Source: a virus
Taxonomy: Duplodnaviria; Caudoviricetes
Length of the DNA stretch: 61,217 nt
IMG/VR virus record: IMGVR_UViG_3300027741_000065
Coordinates: 1 to 61,217 of that record
Direction: 5' to 3' (one strand)
Notes under the pieces: generated by a model
Seen by the model: the letters and a program-made list of their open reading frames with translations, nothing else
Database searches by the model: none
What the model was told of the DNA's origin: nothing
In this document: positions 46,289 to 55,846 of the stretch, one piece after another
Layout: each line of letters begins with the position of its first letter
Numbering within the stretch: position 1 is the stretch's first letter
Position numbers and translations under genes: made by a program

Positions 46289-46535
46289 GAAAGCCCCATC
46301 CCTTGCAGTAGGTCGTGGCGAGAAGCTACCTGTCTCTAAAGGTGCGGGTCTTACAGCCAAGGGTAGGGCTAAATACAATGCAGCTACTGGGTCTAACCTA
46401 AAGGCTCCACAGCCCGAAGGTGGCCCACGCAAGAAATCATTTTGCGCCCGCATGTCTGGTATGCCCGGGCCAATGAAAGACGAAAAAGGCAAACCTACAC
46501 GTAAGGCTGCGTCCCTAGCTAGATGGAAGTGCTGA
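46281..46535 (+). CDS. Basic protein (DUF6321-like)
   Basis: GLTAKGRAKYN..RKKSFCARMSG..RWKC. Confidence 0.75.
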   Translation: MAKKAPSLAVGRGEKLPVSKGAGLTAKGRAKYNAATGSNLKAPQPEGGPRKKSFCARMSGMPGPMKDEKGKPTRKAASLARWKC

Positions 46536-46536
46536 T

Positions 46537-46731
46537 ATGACTGAACATAACGACACTCTTAAACACATCATTGATGTAGTTGCTCCTATAGCAGCAATTG
46601 GGTCATTTTTTGAGATGATTTCACCCATGTTTGGCTTCATAGGAGCAGTTTTGGCGCTAATGCGTATTGCTGAAATGGTGACCGGCAAGGACTTTGTTGA
46701 TCTTATCCGGAAGAAAAAAGATGCCGAGTAG
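46537..46731 (+). CDS. Small membrane protein
   Basis: Hydrophobic core, basic C-terminus. Confidence 0.6.
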   Translation: MTEHNDTLKHIIDVVAPIAAIGSFFEMISPMFGFIGAVLALMRIAEMVTGKDFVDLIRKKKDAE

Positions 46732-47536
46732 CTCAAAAAAGCAGCATAATTTCATGGAAGCGGTAGCTCACTCGCCGTCGTTTGCCAAGAAAGTAGGAGT
46801 TCCACAATCCGTGGGGCAGGATTTTGCAAAGGCCGATAAAGGTCATAAATTTTCTAAAGGTGGTGATATGATGAATTCCAAAATGAAAATGTTTGAAAAG
46901 TCTGGCAAAGATGTCGAGAAAAAGGGCATGAAAGAAGGCTCTAAAGCCGACATGGCCTTGGACAAAAAACAAATGATGGGAATGAAAAAAGGCGGTATGT
47001 CTAAGAAGATGGCTGGTGGTGGCCTTTCTGCTGGTCATAAGAGTGCTGACGGTATTGCATCAAAAGGCAAAACCAAAGGCAAAGACATCGCAATGAAAAA
47101 AGGCGGTATGGTTAAGCGTATGGCTGAAGGTGGTTATACAGATGAAATGTCTGGTGTAGATGAGGCCATAGCTAAACAAAACTCCATGAATGATATGGAA
47201 GATGATACTTCCATGCTCAGGGAATACACGCCAACTAAAACACAGTCTAAGCCAGCTCCAAAAACAACGCCTAAGTCAGCCGCAAAGACTTCAAATTACT
47301 CAAATGAAGGTAGGTTTAAACCTTCACCAAAAGAAACTGATGAAACTAAAATGTCAGTTAATGATCGTATTAAAGCATCCCGATCAAAATCTCGTGAAGG
47401 AACAACTGATACACGCTCTGTAAATGAACGTGTTCGTTCTTTGTTTGGCATGGCTAAAGGTGGAACAACTGGATCATTCCGTTCTTCAGCTAATGGTATT
47501 GCCCAACGTGGAAAAACTCGTGGAAAAATGTGCTAA
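46721..47536 (+). CDS. Lys-rich protein with repeated [MF]xxGG motifs
   Basis: MPSSSKKQ start; FSKGG, MKKGG x2, MAGGG, MAEGG, MAKGG; ADGIA.KGKTKG repeats. Confidence 0.75.
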   Translation: MPSSSKKQHNFMEAVAHSPSFAKKVGVPQSVGQDFAKADKGHKFSKGGDMMNSKMKMFEKSGKDVEKKGMKEGSKADMALDKKQMMGMKKGGMSKKMAGGGLSAGHKSADGIASKGKTKGKDIAMKKGGMVKRMAEGGYTDEMSGVDEAIAKQNSMNDMEDDTSMLREYTPTKTQSKPAPKTTPKSAAKTSNYSNEGRFKPSPKETDETKMSVNDRIKASRSKSREGTTDTRSVNERVRSLFGMAKGGTTGSFRSSANGIAQRGKTRGKMC

Positions 47537-47538
47537 TC

Positions 47539-47787
47539 ATGGCTGATGTTAAATACCCCGACTACACTCCGATTGATGATCCGGTGCCAAAACCAAAACC
47601 AAAACCAAAACCAAAGCAAGAGCAGAAACCCGTTTTATATCCTGACTCCGTCCCTGTTGATGAGCCAGTAAAAAAGATGGCCAAGGGTGGGTCTGCTTCA
47701 TCTCGCGCTGATGGCTGCGCTGAGCGAGGTAAAACTCGCGGAACTATGATTATGTGTGGTGGCGGAATGACTAGGGGCCGCAAGTGA
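47539..47787 (+). CDS. Small basic MAKGG-motif protein
   Basis: (PK)5 encoded by CCAAAA repeats; KKMAKGGSASSRADG..GKTRG. Confidence 0.7.
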   Translation: MADVKYPDYTPIDDPVPKPKPKPKPKQEQKPVLYPDSVPVDEPVKKMAKGGSASSRADGCAERGKTRGTMIMCGGGMTRGRK

Positions 47788-48224
47788 GAGCTAGTCGCGG
47801 CATGGGTAATGTCAAACCTTCTAAGATGCCTGGTGCTAAGAAAAAAGCACGCCGTGACAATACTGATTTCACTCAGTATGCTGAGGGTGGATTAGCGCAA
47901 CAAGCCGCTACAGCTATTGCCATGAAGAAAGCTGGAAAGAAACCAAAGAAGATGGCTTCTGGAGGGGAATTAAAAGAGGTCCCGGGGGATAATATTGGGC
48001 TCTCAAAATTACCTACTCAAGTACGTAACAAAATGGGTTACATGAAAGATGGCGGCAAGGTTAACGCAGCCGGCAACTATACAAAACCTAGTTTACGGAA
48101 GCGTATTGTTTCTGCAGTTAAGGCTGAAGCCACGCAAGGCACTGGTGCAGGGCAATGGAGCGCGAGAAAAGCCCAGCTTGTAGCCAAGAGATATAAGGCA
48201 GCAGGGGGTTCTTACCGTGACTAA
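47784..48224 (+). CDS. Basic protein with xxGG motifs and DUF5872-like GQWSARKAQ domain
   Basis: YAEGG, MASGG, MKDGG; NYTKPSLRK..GQWSARKAQL. Confidence 0.7.
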   Translation: MRASRGMGNVKPSKMPGAKKKARRDNTDFTQYAEGGLAQQAATAIAMKKAGKKPKKMASGGELKEVPGDNIGLSKLPTQVRNKMGYMKDGGKVNAAGNYTKPSLRKRIVSAVKAEATQGTGAGQWSARKAQLVAKRYKAAGGSYRD

Positions 48225-48654
48225 GACCTGCTTGAAATGCAGCGCAGAAAAGCCGCTTGAAGACTTCTACAAGTTTTTTGACAAGTGGTCGGACAAGCAC
48301 TATCCAAGCGCACGCTGCAAGCCGTGTCATGCAGATTACAGGCGCGAAAGCCCAACTACACCACGTAACCGTAAAGCAGACAAACTTCAACTGCGCTACG
48401 GATTGACTTACGAACAGTGGGAGCAAATGCGCGAAACCGAAAGCTATGCATGTATGATTTGCGGTATAACTGAAGCAGAAATAGATAAAAAGCTTGACGT
48501 AGATCACTGCCATAACAGCGGAAAAGTTCGTGGCATTTTGTGCAACCCGTGCAACAATATGATTGGGCACGCTAAAGACAGCGTTGCAGCGCTACGAGCA
48601 GCGGCGGACTACCTCGAAGAAAACGCTGACGGTTATAAAGGTTTTCCTGTATGA
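48217..48654 (+). CDS. Free-standing endonuclease VII-family homing endonuclease
   Basis: CLKC..CKPC..RYGLT..CMICG..VDHCHNSGKVRGILCNPCN. Confidence 0.88.
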   Translation: MTKTCLKCSAEKPLEDFYKFFDKWSDKHYPSARCKPCHADYRRESPTTPRNRKADKLQLRYGLTYEQWEQMRETESYACMICGITEAEIDKKLDVDHCHNSGKVRGILCNPCNNMIGHAKDSVAALRAAADYLEENADGYKGFPV

Positions 48655-48884
48655 AAGCACCGCAGCAATCCCTTAAAAACTGGGGTGACCAGAAATGGCG
48701 CACTAAGAGTGGAAAGCCATCTAGCAAAACTGGAGAAAGGTATCTTCCGGAAGCTGCCATAAAAAGTCTTAGCTCTGCAGAATATGCAGCAACTACCAAA
48801 GCTAAACGTGCAGGCAAAGCAGCTGGCAAACAATTTGTAGCGCAACCAAAGTCAATTGCAAAGAAAACAGCAGGGTTCAGATAA
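48651..48884 (+). CDS. Basic protein (DUF5872-like)
   Basis: QQSLKNW..KWRT..ERYLP..GKQFV. Confidence 0.75.
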   Translation: MKAPQQSLKNWGDQKWRTKSGKPSSKTGERYLPEAAIKSLSSAEYAATTKAKRAGKAAGKQFVAQPKSIAKKTAGFR

Positions 48885-49066
48885 TGGCAACTAAAAATTG
48901 GATTCAAGACGCTATTAAGCCAAAAAATAAGGGTGCATTGCGCTCTGCTCTTGGCGCCAAAGAGGGTAAGCAAATACCGGCTAAAAAACTTGCTGCTGCC
49001 GCTAAGAAGCCCGGTAAAATGGGTCAACGTGCAAGATTGGCGGAAACGCTCAAGGGATTTAAATGA
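48884..49066 (+). CDS. Small basic protein
   Basis: WIQDAIK..GALR..RARLAETL. Confidence 0.7.
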   Translation: MATKNWIQDAIKPKNKGALRSALGAKEGKQIPAKKLAAAAKKPGKMGQRARLAETLKGFK

Positions 49067-49995
49067 CCACCTCCGGCTCTACCGCGTTTAATCTCGAGTT
49101 CACCGAACTTGCTGAGGAGGCATGGGAGAGAGCTGGACGCGAGATGCGTTCTGGTTATGACTTACGTACAGCACGTAGGTCCATGAACTTGATGACCATT
49201 GAGTGGGCAAATCGTGGACTCAACATGTGGACCATTGATACGGGTACGATTACCCTTACTCAAGGACTAAACACATACGCCCTACCGACTGACACCATTG
49301 ATCTACTAGACCACGTTATTCGCACGCAGCCCAATGTTTCTTCAACCCAGGCTGACTTGAGCATTACGCGAATTAGCGTATCAACATATGCAACCATCCC
49401 AAACAAGTTAATCCAGGCTCGGCCTATTCAAGTTTGGATACAAAGACTCTCTGGTCAGGCAAACCCCACTAGCTCAACCCTAAGTACATCCATATCATCT
49501 ACAGATACAACTGTAACACTGAGTACAGTTGTAGGTCTTGCTGGATCTGGATACATACGACTTGATAGTGAAGATATGTATTACACCTACATATCTGGAA
49601 ATACTCTGGGCGGGGTGTTTCGTGGACAGAACAATACAACTGCAGCCTCTCATACGGCGGCAACTGCTGTTATTGTTCCGCAACTTCCTGCAATTACAGT
49701 TTGGCCTACACCAGATGGATCTCAAACCTATCAGTTTGTGTACTACAGACTTCGCCGGGTCCAAGATGCCGGAGATGGTAGCAATACGGCTGATATGAAT
49801 TTTAGGTTTTTGCCGGCTGTTACAGCTGGTCTTGCTTACTACATAGCAATGAAAGTTCCAGAGTTCCAGGGGCGCTTGGATATGTTGAAAGCTGTTTATG
49901 ATGAACAGTACAAGCTTGCAGCTGGTGAAGACCATGAAAAAGCAACAATGCGTCTTGCACCAAGAATTTCATACATAGGCGGAAGCGGTTTATGA
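49063..49995 (+). CDS. Head-tail adaptor/neck protein
   Basis: GYDLRTARRS..EWANRG..WPTPD..GLAYYIAMK. Confidence 0.65.
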   Translation: MTTSGSTAFNLEFTELAEEAWERAGREMRSGYDLRTARRSMNLMTIEWANRGLNMWTIDTGTITLTQGLNTYALPTDTIDLLDHVIRTQPNVSSTQADLSITRISVSTYATIPNKLIQARPIQVWIQRLSGQANPTSSTLSTSISSTDTTVTLSTVVGLAGSGYIRLDSEDMYYTYISGNTLGGVFRGQNNTTAASHTAATAVIVPQLPAITVWPTPDGSQTYQFVYYRLRRVQDAGDGSNTADMNFRFLPAVTAGLAYYIAMKVPEFQGRLDMLKAVYDEQYKLAAGEDHEKATMRLAPRISYIGGSGL

Positions 49996-50375
49996 CCTCT
50001 CCTTATGCATCGGGAAAATACTCCATTGCGGAGTGTGATAGGTGTGGGCAGCGTTATAAACTTAAGCAGTTGAAAATTGAAGTAATTAAGACTAAACTCT
50101 ATCAACTAAAAGTATGTGAAGTATGCTGGGATCCAGATCAGCCTCAGCTTCAATTGGGCATGTATCCTGTAAATGACCCACAGGCTGTGTATCAACCAAG
50201 ACCAGATACAACTTATGTTACGGCTGGACTTAACAATCAAGGATACACAACTGGTGGATCTAGAGATATACAGTGGGGATGGTCACCAATTGGCGGGGCT
50301 AGTGGTTTTGATACATTTTTAACACCCAATTACTTGGTTGGAACCACAAGTGTTGGCACAGTTACAGTTTCATAG
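49992..50375 (+). CDS. Zn-finger virion-module protein
   Basis: CDRCG..VCEVCWDPDQPQ..PRPD. Confidence 0.7.
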   Translation: MTSPYASGKYSIAECDRCGQRYKLKQLKIEVIKTKLYQLKVCEVCWDPDQPQLQLGMYPVNDPQAVYQPRPDTTYVTAGLNNQGYTTGGSRDIQWGWSPIGGASGFDTFLTPNYLVGTTSVGTVTVS

Positions 50376-50384
50376 GAGTAAATT

Positions 50385-50582
50385 ATGGCTAAAGAAAACA
50401 TGAAAAGTGATATGGCTCAAGACAAAGCCATGATTAAAAAAGCGTTTAAGCAGCACGATGCTCAAGAGCATAAAGGCGGTAAGGGTACAACCTTGAAGCT
50501 TAAAAAAGGCGGGCCAACAAGCGAGGACAGTATGAAAATGGGTCGCAACATGGCTCGCGCAGCTAACCAAAAGACTGGATAA
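50385..50582 (+). CDS. Small basic protein
   Basis: DMAQDKAMIKKA..LKKGG..GRNMARA. Confidence 0.7.
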   Translation: MAKENMKSDMAQDKAMIKKAFKQHDAQEHKGGKGTTLKLKKGGPTSEDSMKMGRNMARAANQKTG

Positions 50583-50585
50583 ATC

Positions 50586-50864
50586 ATGGCATACAGTATG
50601 AAAAAAGGCGGGAAAGAAGTTGGCTACGCCTCTGTTTACGCTCAGCCACATACGATGGATGGAAAGAAAATGACTAAAGCTCCTCAAGAATTTGGTACAA
50701 ACCCAGGGTTTCCGCCAAACCGCAGCAAGCTAGATACGCTCGATGTCAGTATCGGAAATCTCAGTAAGTCTGCTGGTAATGAGCCAATCAAGACTGATGG
50801 CATCAAAATTCGCGGTACTGGATGTGCTACTAAGGGAATCATGGCCCGAGGCCCGATGGCATGA
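50586..50864 (+). CDS. Small basic protein
   Basis: MKKGG; GIKIRGTGCATKG..RGPMA. Confidence 0.7.
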   Translation: MAYSMKKGGKEVGYASVYAQPHTMDGKKMTKAPQEFGTNPGFPPNRSKLDTLDVSIGNLSKSAGNEPIKTDGIKIRGTGCATKGIMARGPMA

Positions 50865-51520
50865 ATTACGCTGCTCTAGTCACGGCAATCTCCACTTACA
50901 TGGAGAATACGTTCCCGACAACTGCGATGAACACGTTCATCACGCAGGCAGAGCAGCGCATCTACAATTCTGTACAGTTCCCTTCTCTTCGTAAAAATAT
51001 GACTGGATCAGTTACTGTTGGTAACAAGTATCTATCTAGTCCCCAAGATTTTTTAGCACCATACTCCCTGGCGCTGGTAAACACTACAGGTGAGTATCTT
51101 TACTTGCTGAACAAGGATGTAAACTTTATCCGTGAGGCTTATCCAAAACCAACAAGCACGGGAATTCCAAAGTACTACGCTCTATTTGGACCAACCATAA
51201 GCGCAGGTGTTCCAACTACAGAGTTGTCCTTCATTCTTGGACCAACTCCAGACACTACTTATACCGTAGAACTCCATTATTTTTACTACCCAGAGTCGAT
51301 TACTACCGCCGTTAATACATGGCTTGGAGATAACTTTGACTCTGTCTTGCTCTATGGATCCCTAGTAGAGGCATACACCTACATGAAAGGTGAGCAAGAT
51401 ATGATTACTTTTTACAACCAAAAGTACATGGAGTCACTTGCTCTTGCTAAGCGCCTGGGAGATGGAATGGAGCGCCAGGATGCTTATCGTAGCGGTCAAT
51501 TAAGAGTGGCGGTGAAATAA
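50861..51520 (+). CDS. Tail adaptor/tubular-like protein
   Basis: FITQAEQRI..GIPKYY..GPTPD..LLYGSLVEA. Confidence 0.65.
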   Translation: MNYAALVTAISTYMENTFPTTAMNTFITQAEQRIYNSVQFPSLRKNMTGSVTVGNKYLSSPQDFLAPYSLALVNTTGEYLYLLNKDVNFIREAYPKPTSTGIPKYYALFGPTISAGVPTTELSFILGPTPDTTYTVELHYFYYPESITTAVNTWLGDNFDSVLLYGSLVEAYTYMKGEQDMITFYNQKYMESLALAKRLGDGMERQDAYRSGQLRVAVK

Positions 51521-51933
51521 TGGCAATCGTCCAAGGCCAAACCACATCGTTTAAAGCTGAACTGTATCAAGCAGTACACAACCTGCTCACGGATACGCTC
51601 AAAATTGCTTTGTATACGGGCAACGCAAGCTTGGATTCAACTACAACAGTTTATAGTTCTACCAATGAAGTTGTAGCGTCAGGCTATACAGCGGGCGGGA
51701 ACACTTTAACGGGTGTGACTATAAATACCTCTGACTATACAGCCTATGTAAACTTTAATAACACAAGCTGGACATCAGCGTTAACCGCCCGTTGCGCCCT
51801 AATTTACAATGCAAGCAAGGGTAACAAGTCCATCGCGGTAATTGATTTTGGGTCTGACAAGACCTCAACGACCACATTCTTGATTACTATGCCTGCCAAT
51901 ACCTCAACTACCGCGCTGATACGTAGCGCATAA
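51520..51933 (+). CDS. Virion structural protein
   Basis: TSFKAEL..KIALYT..GYTAGG..ALIYN..DFGSDK. Confidence 0.7.
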   Translation: MAIVQGQTTSFKAELYQAVHNLLTDTLKIALYTGNASLDSTTTVYSSTNEVVASGYTAGGNTLTGVTINTSDYTAYVNFNNTSWTSALTARCALIYNASKGNKSIAVIDFGSDKTSTTTFLITMPANTSTTALIRSA

Positions 51934-51942
51934 GGAACCACT

Positions 51943-52473
51943 ATGTCCGTAGAAAACACTCTTGCATCTGGCGTTTACACTGTTGAATGTGTCGGTGCTG
52001 ATGGCGTTGTTAAATGGTCTGAGCAACTGCCAAACCTTGTGGTTAACCAAGGTATCCAGTACATGGCGAGTGTTGCCTTGACTGCTGGCGCTACCGCTGT
52101 TACTCAAATTACCGCTTGGTACATTGGCTTGTACGGCGCTGGGGCTTCCAACAACCCCGCTGCTGGCGACACGATGGCATCCCATGCTGGCTGGACTGAG
52201 GCTGTTCCTTATAGCAATGCCACTCGACCATCTTGCACTTTTGTAGCAGCCACTACCGCTAACCCGTCTGTAGCCACAAACTCTGCTTCTCCTGCAGTGT
52301 TCAACATCAACGCAACGGCTACTGTTGGTGGCGCGTTTCTGGTAAGCAATAACACCAAGTCGGGCACAACCGGAACGCTGTTCTCTGCATCGGACTTCAC
52401 CACTGGAGATCGTAGCGTTGTGAGCGGCGACACCTTGAACGTGACCTACACCTTTAGCTTGACTGCGACTTAA
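51943..52473 (+). CDS. Virion structural protein
   Basis: NLVVNQG..WYIGL..GDTLNVTY. Confidence 0.7.
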   Translation: MSVENTLASGVYTVECVGADGVVKWSEQLPNLVVNQGIQYMASVALTAGATAVTQITAWYIGLYGAGASNNPAAGDTMASHAGWTEAVPYSNATRPSCTFVAATTANPSVATNSASPAVFNINATATVGGAFLVSNNTKSGTTGTLFSASDFTTGDRSVVSGDTLNVTYTFSLTAT

Positions 52474-52475
52474 AA

Positions 52476-53894
52476 ATGGCACTAGTACTCGCGGATAGGG
52501 TACAAGAGACTTCGACAACCAGCGGCACTGGAGCGTTCACTTTAAACGGTGCTGTATCGGGGTATCAGTCTTTTGCAACGGGCATTGGCTCGGGTAACAC
52601 CGTTTACTACGCCATCTACGATGCAACAGCTTTTACATTTGAAATTGGACTTGGTACTTTTACTGGCCCTAGTACGTTAACCCGTACAACAGTATTTACC
52701 AACTCGCTTGGCACCACGGCGTTCATTTCCTTTGCTGGCAATACCACCAGCGTATTTGCTACATACCCCGGAAGCAAAGCTGTATCTACAGATACCTTAG
52801 CAACTCCACCTGCCATAGGCGGTACAACCCCAGCGGCTGGCGCATTCACGACCCTATCCGCAACAACACCAATTGCACTTACTTCAGGCGGCACAGCAGC
52901 AGCATCCGCACCAGCAGCACAGGCTAACTTATTGGGGTATACGACTACTGCAACCGCAGCGGGAACAACCACTTTAGACAATACAAGCAGTTTTTACCAA
53001 TTATTTACAGGTGCAACCACTCAAACGGTTGTGCTTCCAGTAACTAGCACATTGCAAACTGGCTGGTCTTTTAGGATAAATAACAGCTCAACTGGTGCAT
53101 TGACTGTTAATAGTTCAGGTGGAAATTTGGTCATAAACGTAGTTGCTGGTGCAACGGTAATGTGTACTTGTATTAATACTGGTGTAACTGATGCCACTGG
53201 TTGGAGAGTTGGTGTTACTGAAATAGCGGCAGCTTCAGGCACAGGCAATATGGTTCTTAGTCTTGCCCCAGTTCTTCAGGGTATAACAATAACTGGAACT
53301 CTTAACTTTAACGGGTCTGCCGCATCAGCGTCTTTTTTCCATATTACTCAAACTACTGGAGCAATGACGATTGGAGGGACTGCTGGTACTGGATTAATAA
53401 CTTTTGGGAGATCAACCGCAACTCAGACAACAAGTATTCAAGACGGTATAACAACTAGCGGAAATACCAAAACAATCACAATAGGCACTAGCGGTGCGTC
53501 AGGCTCAACCACCAACATCACGCTTGGCTCGGCAACGGCAGGTGCAACGTCTACCACCACAGTCAATGGCGCCTTTAACTATGCAAATAGGGCTGTTACC
53601 GTCACATCAAATGCCGGAACAGTTCCGGTTTCAATCAAGCTAAACACCTTTACAAACAGTTCTGCCGCAACGATGGCAATTACGATGGCTGTAACCGGCG
53701 CTGCGGATGGTCAGATGACTATGGTGCGCATATACGACTTTAGCGCAGCGACACAAACAATTGGGTGGACAAACACCGAGAACAGCACAATTAGCGTCCC
53801 AACAACTTCTAATGGCTCTACGACTCTGCCCCTTACGGTAGGGTTTATGTACAACGCCCAAACGTCTAAATGGCGTTGCATAGCGGTAGCTTAA
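52476..53894 (+). CDS. Tail fibre-like protein
   Basis: MALVLADRVQETSTTSGTG anchor; Thr/Gly-rich; KWRCIAVA end. Confidence 0.75.
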   Translation: MALVLADRVQETSTTSGTGAFTLNGAVSGYQSFATGIGSGNTVYYAIYDATAFTFEIGLGTFTGPSTLTRTTVFTNSLGTTAFISFAGNTTSVFATYPGSKAVSTDTLATPPAIGGTTPAAGAFTTLSATTPIALTSGGTAAASAPAAQANLLGYTTTATAAGTTTLDNTSSFYQLFTGATTQTVVLPVTSTLQTGWSFRINNSSTGALTVNSSGGNLVINVVAGATVMCTCINTGVTDATGWRVGVTEIAAASGTGNMVLSLAPVLQGITITGTLNFNGSAASASFFHITQTTGAMTIGGTAGTGLITFGRSTATQTTSIQDGITTSGNTKTITIGTSGASGSTTNITLGSATAGATSTTTVNGAFNYANRAVTVTSNAGTVPVSIKLNTFTNSSAATMAITMAVTGAADGQMTMVRIYDFSAATQTIGWTNTENSTISVPTTSNGSTTLPLTVGFMYNAQTSKWRCIAVA

Positions 53895-53895
53895 T

Positions 53896-54756
53896 ATGGC
53901 AACGGTAATATTAACTGGCTCAGGCACATGGAATCTTCCAGCGGATTGGAATGATGCTGCCAATACGATTGAGTGCTATGGTTCTGGTGGCAATGGTGCG
54001 GCGGGAAGTGCAACAGATTCTGGCGGTGGTGGTGGCGGTGGTGGTTACGTAAAAGCTACTAATGTTCCTCTAAAAGCCTCCATTGCGGCTGGATATGTAA
54101 CTGATACAAATTATCTAGATGGTGGCCTTTGGAACGGTGTTACTGTTTACGATGGGGATGGGAATCCCGTATACGGCACTTTAATTGTTGGGTACAATGG
54201 AACTAATACTTATGGAATTATTGGCGGGGCCGGTGCTGGCGGTTTTTCTTCAATAGCAGGAGTTTCTTACACCACCATTCAAAACGTTGGAGCAAAGGGC
54301 GGGAATGGAAGGTCTGCTGCTACTGCCGCAGGCGGCGGTGGCGGTGGTGCTGGAGGCCCCAATGGTGCTGGCGCGGTAGGTGGCTCAAATAGCACAACCA
54401 ATCCAACAATAGGTCGAGGCGGGGGTGGTGGCAATGGTGGCACGGCTGGTTCTGGTACATCTGCAACAGGTGGAACGGCGGGAACAGGCGCTGGCGCTGG
54501 CGGTACGGGTGGCGCGGCATCTACATCAGGTAATGCAGGCGGCGCAGGAACATCGGTTTACTCTGGCGGCGGTGGTGGCGGTGCTGGTGATGGAATCACT
54601 ATTACTTCAGGCGGCGCTGGTGGTCTTTATGGCGGCGGTGGCGGTGGCGGCGCATCTTCTTTACTTTCAACTGGCGGTCTGGGGGCTGGTGGCATCATCA
54701 TCATTACTTACACTCCAATTGCAACATCCACCGGCAATATGTTTTCATTTTTTTAG
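53896..54756 (+). CDS. Glycine-rich fibre/adhesin protein
   Basis: Many GGGGG runs; GAGGIIIITY C-terminus. Confidence 0.75.
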   Translation: MATVILTGSGTWNLPADWNDAANTIECYGSGGNGAAGSATDSGGGGGGGGYVKATNVPLKASIAAGYVTDTNYLDGGLWNGVTVYDGDGNPVYGTLIVGYNGTNTYGIIGGAGAGGFSSIAGVSYTTIQNVGAKGGNGRSAATAAGGGGGGAGGPNGAGAVGGSNSTTNPTIGRGGGGGNGGTAGSGTSATGGTAGTGAGAGGTGGAASTSGNAGGAGTSVYSGGGGGGAGDGITITSGGAGGLYGGGGGGGASSLLSTGGLGAGGIIIITYTPIATSTGNMFSFF

Positions 54757-54763
54757 GAAAAAC

Positions 54764-55033
54764 ATGGCACTCATCAAATCAATTGACACCGAATTTGGGA
54801 TTCCAGTGGTCTACTGGAACATCGGCGCATTTCAAGAAGACTTCAAAGGTAGGGGCACTGAAGTTACGTGTTACGGCTACGTGTCTCAAGAAGCGCGTGC
54901 TGCTGGTAAACAACCGTTAAGTTCAGTCTATCTGCAAATCTCTGGCGGTGACTATGTTGCCGGTGCAGACCGTGCGGCTTTGTATGCAATCATCAAACAA
55001 AAGCCTGAATTTGACGGCGCTGTAGACGCATAA
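54764..55033 (+). CDS. Tail fibre-associated small protein
   Basis: AGGA RBS; MALIKSIDTEFG..PEFDGAVDA. Confidence 0.65.
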   Translation: MALIKSIDTEFGIPVVYWNIGAFQEDFKGRGTEVTCYGYVSQEARAAGKQPLSSVYLQISGGDYVAGADRAALYAIIKQKPEFDGAVDA

Positions 55034-55042
55034 AGAGTTAAT

Positions 55043-55837
55043 GTGCTTGGCTTCCTACCACTATCTGCTATCAGTATGTCCGCCATTGTGGCGGGGAGCA
55101 TCTACGGTCCTGCGGTAACCGAAGCCTCATCTGGGCTGGATTCAACCAACTCCCAGTTACAAGCCATCGGCGCAATAGATGAAGCAGCTTCCGGCCTTGA
55201 CTCCAACACCACACAGCTACAAGCCACTGGCGCAGTATCCGAAGCAGCTTCCGGGCTGGATTCCGTATCCACGACTGCCACACTAAGTTTGGCTATTGCG
55301 GAGGCTGCATCAGGTGTGGACTTGATCTCCACCATTGCTACTCTAAACCTCGCCATTGCAGAGGCTGCATCAGGTGTGGACTTGATCTCCACCATTGCTA
55401 CTCTAAACCTTGCCATTGCAGAGGCTGCGTCTGGGCTGGACGCCGTAGATAAAACACTCACCGTAACCCTGTCCATCTCCGAAGCCGCATCGGGAGTTGA
55501 TTCTGTACAGTCCGTACTGACGGCAGTTGCAGCCATCCTAGAGAACGCATCGGGACAAGACGCCCTAGCTACCCAACTCCAAGCAGTTACGGCAATTCTT
55601 GAGGCCGCTTCCGGCATTGATGGGATAACGGCAGGGGCTATTCTATTTATCGATGTTGTAGAATCGGCCACGGGGTCAACAGTATTTAATGCGGCCTTTT
55701 TATGGAACCCCATAGATGATGCACAAAACCCCGCATGGTCTGTTTTAAACAACGCGCAAACGCCAACATGGTCTGCAATAGACAACGCGCAAACTGTAAC
55801 ATGGGTTTTAGTTAACAATAACCCCAATGCAAATTAA
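55043..55837 (+). CDS. Virion protein with ~9 20-aa EAASGxD repeats
   Basis: Regular 20-aa period; near-exact 60-bp duplication ~55292-55430; W..IDDAQ.P.W C-terminal repeats. Confidence 0.75.
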   Translation: MLGFLPLSAISMSAIVAGSIYGPAVTEASSGLDSTNSQLQAIGAIDEAASGLDSNTTQLQATGAVSEAASGLDSVSTTATLSLAIAEAASGVDLISTIATLNLAIAEAASGVDLISTIATLNLAIAEAASGLDAVDKTLTVTLSISEAASGVDSVQSVLTAVAAILENASGQDALATQLQAVTAILEAASGIDGITAGAILFIDVVESATGSTVFNAAFLWNPIDDAQNPAWSVLNNAQTPTWSAIDNAQTVTWVLVNNNPNAN

Positions 55838-55846
55838 GGATATCGC

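Noticed and set aside
47587-47616. Phase-variable (CCAAAA)n tract
   Set aside because: The hexamer unit preserves frame and only encodes a PK linker.
54425-54763. N-terminal extension of ORF 54425..55033 as an overprinted gene
   Set aside because: It is a shadow of Gly codons; the RBS supports a start at 54764.
55292-55430. CRISPR-like or DGR repeats
   Set aside because: These are in-frame coding repeats with no spacers. No reverse transcriptase or adenine-specific TR/VR pair was seen anywhere.
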